Positions 50,083 through 60,680 are shown, counted from the stretch's first letter. The stretch is 64,000 nucleotides of DNA from an uncultured Clostridia bacterium (GCA_944393465.1 CALYAG010000001.1:1709-65708); one strand, 5' to 3'. Notes: a model not told the origin generated them from the sequence alone. A program made the numbers and translations.

Positions 50083-50808
50083 ATGATTATCGAATTACCA
50101 AAAGAGCACATTATTCTTAGTGATGAGAAAGGAGAGGTAAAAGACGGAATTCTTTACTTGCATCGGAATATGTTTGAAGAAGCGATGTTTGAATTGACGT
50201 ACATTCTACATGGCCACGTCTGCTATTATTGCCAAAAGCCTATTACAGGTATAGAAGACAAAGAAAAACAAGACGGAGTACTATGGAAATCCTTAGACCA
50301 CCTTATACCGAGAGAATTTGGTGGTGTTAGTATTACCAGCAACTTAAGACCTTGCTGTAGTGTTTGCAACCGTAAAAAAGGTAGTATGTATCCAAACGAA
50401 TTTGAAAAGTTTCAGCATATTGTAAAATCAACAAAAGGTCGAGAAAGAAAAGCAGAGGTGAAAGATTTCAATGAAGAATTAAGTTTAATCCAAACCAAAA
50501 GGAGATTTGGCGAATTGCCATCTCTTCCTGAGGAGTGGCTAGAACAAGGAAATCACAAATCCGTGTATGTAAATTTTAGGTTAGAGGACCCGATTGGAAC
50601 TGTATACAACAGAATTGCTAGATTTTATAGAAAATATAAAAGAATTCCATATCCAATAGTTGTAAGCGCAAATAAATTCCTGCTTGATGGTTTCAATTCT
50701 ATACTTTTTATGAAAATAGAAGGTGTAAGAAAGATTGATGTCATTAAGTTGGAAAATGTGATTTATGACGGAATAGTTGATTATACTTCTCAAGTGTTAG
50801 GTAAGTGA
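50083..50808 (+). CDS. HNH endonuclease fused to a degenerate ParB/Srx-like C-terminal domain
   Basis: The HNH region is CYYCQKPI...DHLIPREFGG....NL.PCCSVCNRKKG. The C-terminus, PIVVSANKFLLDGFNSILFMKIEGVRKIDVIKL, resembles the ParB N-terminal domain without DGHHR. It has an in-frame CGG-A at 50164-50167. Confidence 0.7.
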   Translation: MIIELPKEHIILSDEKGEVKDGILYLHRNMFEEAMFELTYILHGHVCYYCQKPITGIEDKEKQDGVLWKSLDHLIPREFGGVSITSNLRPCCSVCNRKKGSMYPNEFEKFQHIVKSTKGRERKAEVKDFNEELSLIQTKRRFGELPSLPEEWLEQGNHKSVYVNFRLEDPIGTVYNRIARFYRKYKRIPYPIVVSANKFLLDGFNSILFMKIEGVRKIDVIKLENVIYDGIVDYTSQVLGK

Positions 50809-50931
50809 TTTTTCTCACTATTTGCCCGGTAGTCCTTTGACTACCGGACGTATTAAAGTAAAAAAAATTCTAGATACATTGAAAAAATAATTCGTATTGT
50901 ATATAATTATAAAAAATAAAGGAGATGCAAG

Positions 50932-51573
50932 ATGTTTAATTATAAAAAAAGCATAAAAATATTAAAAATACTATATAAAATATTTATCATAACATTTTTA
51001 ATAAGCATTTTGAAAAATGCAATTGTATTAGCAACCGGTCAACCGCAAATTCCTACTGCAAATGTGAGAAAAATAAATACTAGCACGGAAGAATATTATA
51101 CATCAGTGTATATTGCTATAACAATTTTATTTATAACTATAAATGTAATGGTCACAAATTTTATTGCAATGGTATATCAAAAGAAAACAAATAATAAAGT
51201 AAGCAAAGTTTCAAAAATTATTTTGATAATATGCATATTATTAATGATATTTTCGATTATTTTGCCTAATATGGTTGCTTTGATATTTGGAAAAACAAGG
51301 ACTGTATATTTAGGAGGGTCAGGAGAACCGATAAGTTATTTTACAGTAGAAGCATGCTATGGACTTTTACTAATTTTACTTATTTGCCTTATTATTCTAG
51401 GAATTATAATGATTTATCAAAAGATTAAATATAAGAAATTGTCAACAATACAAAAATACATAACTTTGAGTTGTGCTATAGTGTGTGTAATGCTAATTAT
51501 AGAATATAGTTGTATGAAATTACTAGCGGATAATACTTTCTTTAATGGAATTGATATTTCTATATATTATTAA
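50932..51573 (+). CDS. hypothetical polytopic membrane protein
   Basis: 213 aa with 5-6 hydrophobic helices. No recognisable family. Confidence 0.45.
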   Translation: MFNYKKSIKILKILYKIFIITFLISILKNAIVLATGQPQIPTANVRKINTSTEEYYTSVYIAITILFITINVMVTNFIAMVYQKKTNNKVSKVSKIILIICILLMIFSIILPNMVALIFGKTRTVYLGGSGEPISYFTVEACYGLLLILLICLIILGIIMIYQKIKYKKLSTIQKYITLSCAIVCVMLIIEYSCMKLLADNTFFNGIDISIYY

Positions 51574-51629
51574 TAAAAAACAAGTAACCCCTTGAATTTT
51601 AAAATTCAGTTTGATAAAATAATGAAAAC

Positions 51630-51745
51630 AAAAAAGGGAGTAGCTCATAAATAACTAATCAACAACAAGAGAAATCTGGTTAGTGACCTTTATGGTGAGC
51701 AAGACTTTTAAGAAATAGTAATTCTTATTAGTCTTGCTTTTTATT
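51630..51745 (+). promoter_or_regulatory. possible yybP-ykoY (Mn2+) riboswitch-like leader with a terminator
   Basis: A promoter precedes it: TTGAAT (51592-51597), 17 nt, TAAAAT (51615-51620). Then come AAGGGAGTAGC (compare the conserved GGGGAGUAG) and GAGCAAGAC (compare AGCAAGAC). The latter also forms the left arm of a terminator with gtcttgc plus T5 (51698-51745). The middle of the aptamer is poorly conserved. Confidence 0.35.
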
Positions 51746-51965
51746 GTATTACTGCAAAAAATTATCATAAAATTGGGTATTAGAATATTTAATTGCTGTT
51801 TAAAATAAATTAAATAGCAAATAATAATACTGCTTGACAAGAGTGATAATTCAAGTATACAAAGCAATGATAAAATACGTACATAATACAAAAGTACATA
51901 AAGTAATAATAGAATGAGAAGGTTTGACTAACTTTATTTTAAAAATATGAAAGGAAAGTGAAAAA

Positions 51966-54842
51966 ATGAACTGGTTTAACAAAGACGTAGAAGAAGTTTC
52001 TAAAACTTTAAACACAGACTTAGAAAAAGGATTAAGCGAAGATGAAGCTAAAAAGAGACAAAAAGAAAATGGTTATAATGAATTGCAAGAAAAGAAAAAG
52101 AAGGGTACTTTTGCAAAATTTTTAGAACAATTTAAAGATTTTATGATAATTGTTCTTATAATTGCAGCAATCATTTCTGGCGTTGTTGGACAAATGCAAG
52201 GCGAAGGGTTTACAGATTCTATAATCATACTAATTGTTGTTATTCTTAATGCTGTTATAGGTGTTATACAAGAAAATAAGGCGGAAAAATCACTAGAAGC
52301 ATTAAAGAAAATGAGTAGTTACTCAGCAAAGGTAATGCGTGATGGCAAGGTAACAGTTGTACCTTCAAGAGAGTTAGTGCCTGGAGATATAGTTGTATTA
52401 GATACAGGAGATTATGTTCCTGCAGATATTAGATTAGTTGATGCTGTAAATCTTAAAGCACAAGAGGCATCACTTACAGGAGAATCAGTACCAGTTGAAA
52501 AAGATGCTGCTACAATAGAAAATGAAGAAGCATCTCTTGGAGATAGAACAAATATGTTATTTTCTTCAAGCTTAGTAACATATGGTAGAGGAAAAGGCAT
52601 AGTTGTTGAAACTGGAATGCATACAGAGGTTGGAAATATTGCAGGTATGCTAAATAGCGTAGAGGAAACTGCAACACCACTTCAACAAAAATTAAATAAA
52701 CTTGGCAAAAGTTTAGGAATAATGGCAATTGTAATTTGTATAGTTATATTTATAATAGGATTAGCATATGGCAAAGATGTAATAGATATGTTTATGACAG
52801 CAGTAAGCTTAGCTGTTGCAGCTATTCCAGAAGGGCTAGCAGCAGTATCAACAATTGTTCTTGCAATAGGCGTTCAAAGAATGGTTAAGAAAAATGCTAT
52901 TGTAAAGAAATTACCAGCAGTTGAAACACTTGGAAGTGCATCAGTAATTTGCTCAGATAAAACAGGTACACTTACTCAAAATAAGATGGAAGTTCAAAAA
53001 ATATTTGTTAATGGACAATTAATAGATGTTGCTAATGCAAATTTGCAGATAACAAGTGAGAAAAGCAAAGGTTCTTCAAATTCAACAAATGAAGATGTAA
53101 AAGATATGCTTTCATCTGATGAACTAGAAAAAACGATTTTAATTGGAATGCTATGTAATGATACAAAAATCGCACCAAGCAATCCTAATACAAATGAATT
53201 AAATAGTGCAAAAGCCGATAATTCTAATGATAGCACATCAAATAGTGAAGAAAGCAATTTAAAGAATGTTACCTTCACAGGTGACCCAACAGAAATTGCT
53301 TTAACTCAATTAGCTTTTAATTTTAAATATGATGAAAATGAAATAAATAATCATCCAAGAGTTGCAGAAATACCATTTGATTCAGATAGAAAATTAATGA
53401 CAACAGTAAACAAATTTGGAGACAGATATTTGGTTTGCACAAAAGGTGGACTTGATGAATTACTATCAATATGTAATAGTTATTCTGAAAATGGAAAAAT
53501 AAAAACTGACTTAAAAGACAAAATACCAGAAATAGAAAAGCAAAATGAATCTTTAGCTAAAAATGCTCTTAGAGTTTTAGCAATGGCATATAAATATATG
53601 GACCATGCACCAGTAGGAGATGAAATTTTAGACTTAGAAAGAAATTTAACATTTGTTGGAATGTGCGGAATGATAGACCCACCTAGAGAAGAAGCCAAAA
53701 TTGCTGTTCAAAAATGTAAAGAAGCAGGAATAAAAACTGTAATGATTACAGGTGACCACAAGATTACAGCAACAGCAATAGCTAAAAGCTTGGGAATATT
53801 AGAAAATGAAGATGAAGCTATAACAGGAGCAGAACTTGCAAAAATGTCTGATGAAGAATTGGATAAAAACATTAGAAAATACAGTGTATATGCAAGAGTT
53901 GCACCAGAACATAAAGTTAGAATAGTAAAAGCATGGCAAAAAGCAGGAGAAATTGTTGCAATGACAGGTGATGGTGTAAATGATGCACCAGCACTAAAAC
54001 AAGCAGATATTGGATGTGCAATGGGAATGGTTGGTACAGATGTTGCAAAAGAAGCAGCAGATGTAATTTTAACAGATGATAACTTCGCAACAATAGTTTC
54101 AGCAGTAGAAGAGGGAAGAAGAATATATGCAAATATTTTAAAAGCTATCGAATTCCTAATTTCAAGTAACATAGGTGAAATTGTTTTACTATTCGTATGT
54201 ATGCTTATAACACCATTTTTAAGTAGCACATTTGGAATAGACATTAATTTAATTGAACCATTACTACCAATGCATATTTTATGGATAAATTTAGTAACAG
54301 ACTCGCTTCCAGCTCTTGCACTTGCCGTAGACCCCGCAGAAGATGATATAATGAAGAAAAAGCCAAATAGAGAAAAAGGCATATTTGTAAAATCAAGACT
54401 TTGGAGAGTTGCATATCAAGGTATAATGATAGGATTAATTACACTTGCAGCATTTATAATTGGTCTATCAACACCTGACAGCATACTTCCACAAATAGAA
54501 GGCTTAAGCAATGAAGAAGTAAAAGTAGAAATAGGTCAAACAATGGCATTCGTTACACTTGCATTTGCAGAGCTAGTTCATGTATTTAATGTAAGAAATC
54601 CTAAAAAATCAATATTTAAAACACATCCATTTAAGAACAAAATGTTATTATTGGCACTTGGAGTTTCATCAATGTTAATGATAGTAATTTTAGCAATTCC
54701 TGGTTTACGAGAAGTATTCAGCATACCAGTACTTCCAGTACAAGACATTATTGAAATGATATTACTAATATTATCACCAATAGTAATTGTGGAAATAATG
54801 AAATTAATCAAATTAAATGGAAATAGAAAGCAAGAAGAATAA
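51966..54842 (+). CDS. cation-transporting P-type ATPase (Ca2+/Mn2+ type, P2A-like)
   Basis: 958 aa. Contains LTGESVPV, ICSDKTGTLT, MITGDH and MTGDGVNDAPALK. A roughly 60-aa low-complexity insert lies in the N-domain. Confidence 0.9.
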   Translation: MNWFNKDVEEVSKTLNTDLEKGLSEDEAKKRQKENGYNELQEKKKKGTFAKFLEQFKDFMIIVLIIAAIISGVVGQMQGEGFTDSIIILIVVILNAVIGVIQENKAEKSLEALKKMSSYSAKVMRDGKVTVVPSRELVPGDIVVLDTGDYVPADIRLVDAVNLKAQEASLTGESVPVEKDAATIENEEASLGDRTNMLFSSSLVTYGRGKGIVVETGMHTEVGNIAGMLNSVEETATPLQQKLNKLGKSLGIMAIVICIVIFIIGLAYGKDVIDMFMTAVSLAVAAIPEGLAAVSTIVLAIGVQRMVKKNAIVKKLPAVETLGSASVICSDKTGTLTQNKMEVQKIFVNGQLIDVANANLQITSEKSKGSSNSTNEDVKDMLSSDELEKTILIGMLCNDTKIAPSNPNTNELNSAKADNSNDSTSNSEESNLKNVTFTGDPTEIALTQLAFNFKYDENEINNHPRVAEIPFDSDRKLMTTVNKFGDRYLVCTKGGLDELLSICNSYSENGKIKTDLKDKIPEIEKQNESLAKNALRVLAMAYKYMDHAPVGDEILDLERNLTFVGMCGMIDPPREEAKIAVQKCKEAGIKTVMITGDHKITATAIAKSLGILENEDEAITGAELAKMSDEELDKNIRKYSVYARVAPEHKVRIVKAWQKAGEIVAMTGDGVNDAPALKQADIGCAMGMVGTDVAKEAADVILTDDNFATIVSAVEEGRRIYANILKAIEFLISSNIGEIVLLFVCMLITPFLSSTFGIDINLIEPLLPMHILWINLVTDSLPALALAVDPAEDDIMKKKPNREKGIFVKSRLWRVAYQGIMIGLITLAAFIIGLSTPDSILPQIEGLSNEEVKVEIGQTMAFVTLAFAELVHVFNVRNPKKSIFKTHPFKNKMLLLALGVSSMLMIVILAIPGLREVFSIPVLPVQDIIEMILLILSPIVIVEIMKLIKLNGNRKQEE

Positions 54843-54848
54843 CTAAAC

Positions 54849-55036
54849 TTTTTTCAGTTTTTTTCAGTTGGGGACGGTCCTAAAATGAAAAAGTTGCTTA
54901 TGCCAAACAATATATCTATTTTCACATTCTCGGCGCGGGTCGCTGCTTGCTCCAGCTTGAGAATGAAAAATAGATATATTGCTTTGGCTTTTGTCTTTAT
55001 ATTTTTTCGAAAAAGGACCGTCCCCAACTGAAAAAA
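54849..55036. repeat. composite repeat: 87-nt GC-core element (54902-54988) nested between two halves of a GGGGACGGTCC palindromic unit
   Basis: tttttcagttggggacggtcctaaaatgaaaa-agttgcttat-[core]-ttttgtctttatattttttcgaaaa-aggaccgtccccaactgaaaaaa. Confidence 0.9.
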
Positions 55037-55137
55037 TTTTTGAAATATATTGCTTATTTTTAATTTTTATGTATAATATATTTGTAGAAAATAGCGTTCA
55101 ACAACAAAATTGTTAAAAGACTAAAAGGGGCAAAGCA

Positions 55138-56019
55138 ATGTATGATTTAATTGTAAGGACAAAAAGATTAAATAAACTAAAAGTTGCACTGGTTATTTTA
55201 GTTGTTGTACTAATTATTTTAATGATTTTTACAAGCATAAAATTAGTACAAATGTATAATGTAAGTAAAACTAAATATGCATATGATTTATGGATTAATG
55301 AAGTGAATGCTCAAATTTCAGCTAGGGAAGAGGCTGAAAAAGCGAGATTTGCACCATTAAATGAAGAAGAACTTGAAAGATTTAATAACATATATAAACA
55401 TCAAGATAATAAAAGAGTGTTTTTGACATTTGATGATGGACCTTCAACATCAGTTACTCCATACATTTTAGATTTACTTAAAGAGCAAAACATAAAAGCA
55501 ACGTTTTTTGTGTTAGGACTTAAAGTAGAGGCAAATCCAGACTTAGTTAAGAGAGAATATGATGAGGGGCATTACATAGCAAATCATGGATATTCTCATA
55601 AATATGGAGACATATATTCTAGTAGCCAAGCGGTGCTTGATGAATATAATAAAACAAATGACGCAATAAAAAATGCTTTAGGAAATGAAAATTATAATTC
55701 GCTAGTATTTAGGTTTCCAGGTGGTTCAAGTGGAGGACCATATCATGATATAAAGCAAGAAGCGAAGGAATTATTAAAGCAAAATGGAATCGCAAGTGTT
55801 GATTGGAATGCACTTACAAATGATGCAGCAGGGGCTAATACAAAGGAAAAAATAATGCAAAACTTCTATAATACTGTTCAAGGCAAAACAAGTATAGTAA
55901 TATTAATGCATGATGCATCAGATAAAATCTTAACTTATGAATGTTTACCAGAAATGATACAATATTTTAAAGATAATGGATATGAGTTCAAAACAATGTA
56001 TGATGTAATAGAAAGATAA
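55138..56019 (+). CDS. polysaccharide (peptidoglycan) deacetylase, NodB-type
   Basis: N-terminal TM anchor, with FLTFDDGPS, HGYSH and LMHD motifs. Confidence 0.85.
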   Translation: MYDLIVRTKRLNKLKVALVILVVVLIILMIFTSIKLVQMYNVSKTKYAYDLWINEVNAQISAREEAEKARFAPLNEEELERFNNIYKHQDNKRVFLTFDDGPSTSVTPYILDLLKEQNIKATFFVLGLKVEANPDLVKREYDEGHYIANHGYSHKYGDIYSSSQAVLDEYNKTNDAIKNALGNENYNSLVFRFPGGSSGGPYHDIKQEAKELLKQNGIASVDWNALTNDAAGANTKEKIMQNFYNTVQGKTSIVILMHDASDKILTYECLPEMIQYFKDNGYEFKTMYDVIER

Positions 56020-56085
56020 TAATAGTAGCCTATTGCTTTTATGATAGGCTACTAATTTAATATAATAAACAAGTAATTTAAAAAA

Positions 56086-56616
56086 TTATTTTGAATTACG
56101 TTTAAAAAATCTTTTTATAGAATTAAATATTTTATTGTACCATTTCTCTTTTTCTATTATAGCTAATGCTTGAGACTGTTCATTTGCTTGAGGCTGTTCA
56201 TTATTGTCAGAATTAAGATTAGCTATATTATTGGAAGTTGAATCTTCAAAATTATTATTGCTATTGCTGTTTGAAAACAATAAATCAGGATTGTATTTTT
56301 TATTGTTTTCATCCTCTTGTTTTTGTAAATCATATTTTTCTTTTTGAATTATTTTATTTCTTTGCTCTGGAGTAGCCCAGTAATCTCTGAAAAAGATTGC
56401 TAAAACGACTTTTGCAACATAAGATAAATTTTGCTGATTAAAAGGTTTATTTTCATCTAATTGAAAATTATATGATTTATCAGCATTATCTTTATAATAA
56501 GTCAAAATATCTGACGGAATCTTATCAACATCAGTCTTGTCCATATGATTTAAAACAGTACAAACTTCTGTATATGCCATTTTTTGTTCTTTTGTTAAAG
56601 TCATAAAAAATTTCAT
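56086..56616 (-). CDS. hypothetical protein
   Basis: 176-aa ORF with an N/S/Q-rich linker. No family recognised. Confidence 0.4.
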   Translation of the reverse strand: MKFFMTLTKEQKMAYTEVCTVLNHMDKTDVDKIPSDILTYYKDNADKSYNFQLDENKPFNQQNLSYVAKVVLAIFFRDYWATPEQRNKIIQKEKYDLQKQEDENNKKYNPDLLFSNSNSNNNFEDSTSNNIANLNSDNNEQPQANEQSQALAIIEKEKWYNKIFNSIKRFFKRNSK

Positions 56617-56678
56617 TCCTTTCTGGTTTTAATTAAAAGCACACATAGTTATGAAAACAATTTCTTTCAAACTTTTAT

Positions 56679-57689
56679 TTAAATAAAATCTATATCTAAT
56701 GGTTGTACTTTATTATTGTTTAATTCTTCTCTAGATTGTTCTTCTTGAAGTTTTGCCCTCGTATCTGACTGCGCATCTAAAGTACCTTTACCAATATCTG
56801 TAGTAGTAAATTTTTGTCGAGCACCAAAATCAAGCAATACACTATGATTGAATACATATTGGGCAAGTATATTGTCATAAGAAATTGTGCTCATATTTGG
56901 AAAGTAGTCCGATGGAAAATCAATTTCTTTAGTGATTGAATTTCTTAAACTTGCATATTCTTCAGGAGAAGAAAGAACAACTCTAGAATGTCCTAAAATT
57001 GATGTTGCCATTTCTGCCATATCTGTTTTTTGCATTATAGGTTTTCCATCAAAATCAGGAAAAGAACTAGGCTCTTGTTCAGTAGAATCTACAACCATTT
57101 GCTTAAAATCATTTAAAGATAGATTTACCTTAGAAGATGCTAAAATTTTTTGAGCTTCTAAAGCTTCATTAGTATACTGCATTTCAGTTTCTCCAAATAT
57201 ATCCTTGGCATAATTATTTAATTCTTGCATCTTAGAAGTATCAGTTAATTGCTTGAATTCATCAGGGGTTAAAGTAATTGAACAAGATGCTAGCAATTTT
57301 TGAATTGCACTTGCTCTTAAAGTAGGGCTAATAAGTCTTTCACCAGTTGTAATATCAACAAAATCCTTGCTTTCAACGGTTTCCTTAGCTTCTTCCTTTA
57401 ACTTGTAATATTCAGATAATGAAATTGATGCTGAAGAAACTGAAAGAATATGCTTTGCCTCATCAGATGTAACACCCAAGCTTTCCAAATCAGTTTCATT
57501 AGTTAAATTTATATATTCTTCTGCTCCTAATAAAGGCTTAGCACCATCTAGCATAGACTTAGCTTCATATGCTTTATCAGTAGGTTTTGTGGTTGTTTCA
57601 CTAAAAATTTCTTTTGCATATTTATCTGGTTCAGTCTCATGTGACTGTTTTCTTAATTTTAAATAAGTTGACAAAGTTACTTCTTTCAT
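56679..57689 (-). CDS. hypothetical protein with internal roughly 45-aa repeats
   Basis: 336 aa. The motif S(I/V).L(S/T)..E(Y/F)..L+ recurs: TLSTYLKLRK, SISLSEYYKLKE, SITLTPDEFKQL, VNLSLNDFKQM, VVLSSPEEYASL. Confidence 0.4.
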   Translation of the reverse strand: MKEVTLSTYLKLRKQSHETEPDKYAKEIFSETTTKPTDKAYEAKSMLDGAKPLLGAEEYINLTNETDLESLGVTSDEAKHILSVSSASISLSEYYKLKEEAKETVESKDFVDITTGERLISPTLRASAIQKLLASCSITLTPDEFKQLTDTSKMQELNNYAKDIFGETEMQYTNEALEAQKILASSKVNLSLNDFKQMVVDSTEQEPSSFPDFDGKPIMQKTDMAEMATSILGHSRVVLSSPEEYASLRNSITKEIDFPSDYFPNMSTISYDNILAQYVFNHSVLLDFGARQKFTTTDIGKGTLDAQSDTRAKLQEEQSREELNNNKVQPLDIDFI

Positions 57690-57855
57690 AAATACCTCAA
57701 TATATAATAAATTTAATTATTAAAATTATATATTTATAAATATTAATATGTCAATATTTGTTACAAAAACGAAACATTAATATAAGGGTTTTTATAGTAA
57801 ATACAAAACAAAATGATATAGCGAAAAATAGATGATTAAAATTTTTATAAAGTAC

Positions 57856-57884
57856 TTGACAATATGATAAAAAAAGTGTATATT
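57856..57884 (+). promoter_or_regulatory. promoter of tRNA-Leu(UAG)
   Basis: TTGACA (57856-57861), 17-nt spacer, extended -10 TGTATATT (57877-57884). Confidence 0.55.
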
Positions 57885-57950
57885 AAATATTGTTCACATT
57901 ATTGAACAATATTTAGCACTGGTCTTAGTAACCAATGCGAATATACATAT

Positions 57951-58034
57951 GCGGATGTGGCGGAATTGGCAGACGCGCTGGTCTTAGGAACCAGTACCAA
58001 TGGTGTGGGGGTTCAAGTCCCTTCATCCGCACCA
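57951..58034 (+). tRNA. tRNA-Leu (anticodon UAG)
   Basis: Manual fold: acceptor GCGGATG/CATCCGC, anticodon stem CTGGT/ACCAG with loop CT-TAG-GA, a long variable arm, T-loop GGTTCAAGTCC, and an encoded CCA. Confidence 0.9.
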
Positions 58035-58162
58035 ATGACGTATCTGTTCGAACTAAATTGAATAGATAGATACAAAATCAATCAGAAAATAAAATCTGGT
58101 TGATTTTTTTGTTGCCTATAAACAATATAAAAATCATCCAATCGAAAGGATGGTGCAAAAAA

Positions 58163-58432
58163 ATGAAGATAATTAAGCAAGAATTACAATTTGAAGAAAG
58201 TCTAAAGCAAAGACTAGAATTTATATGTGAATTTTCTAAAGTTACTCCTACTTTTATTAATGGTAGTATTAGAAAAATTGAAAAAACTAATCTCACATAT
58301 ATTGAACCTCATAGAGTAATTATTAAAAATATTACATTCTTAGTTTTTAATTATTCAAATGATGTGTATATTTCTAATTTATATAAAAAGATTAAATTAT
58401 CAGAATTAGAAGAATATATAAAAAATATATAA
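58163..58432 (+). CDS. hypothetical small protein
   Basis: ATG at 58163 after an AAAGGATGG RBS. 89 aa. Confidence 0.35.
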   Translation: MKIIKQELQFEESLKQRLEFICEFSKVTPTFINGSIRKIEKTNLTYIEPHRVIIKNITFLVFNYSNDVYISNLYKKIKLSELEEYIKNI

Positions 58433-58610
58433 ATACCAGTATTTGACATTTCTACAAATTATGATATAATAATTCAAGTAAACCAATTATGTTTATGGAG
58501 ATGATTATATGATTTTGAAAAAATTGCATTTTAAAATAGAAATTTTACAGAGATGTCATTAGTATTAGTGTGTACTATGATGTCTCTTTTTTGTTAGGAG
58601 GTTTTTATAA

Positions 58611-60530
<1,920 letters not shown>

Positions 60531-60680
60531 TTGTTGCAACTATTACTTATATATTTTCTTTGTTGCAACAATCAAATTAACGTGGCACGTTTTGTTTTTG
60601 CAATTAGCAAAAATGAAAGTGGCGATAGTTAATTTGGATAAAATTTATCTATGGAAGATAAATTTTATTGCCTCGCAGAG

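Noticed and set aside
45900-51600. Prophage remnant as the explanation for the tRNA-Thr island
   Set aside because: There is no integrase, terminase, capsid or tail gene, and I could find no att-like duplication of the tRNA. The phage-like character is limited to nucleotide and DNA-modification functions, so I treat it as a genomic island of unknown origin.
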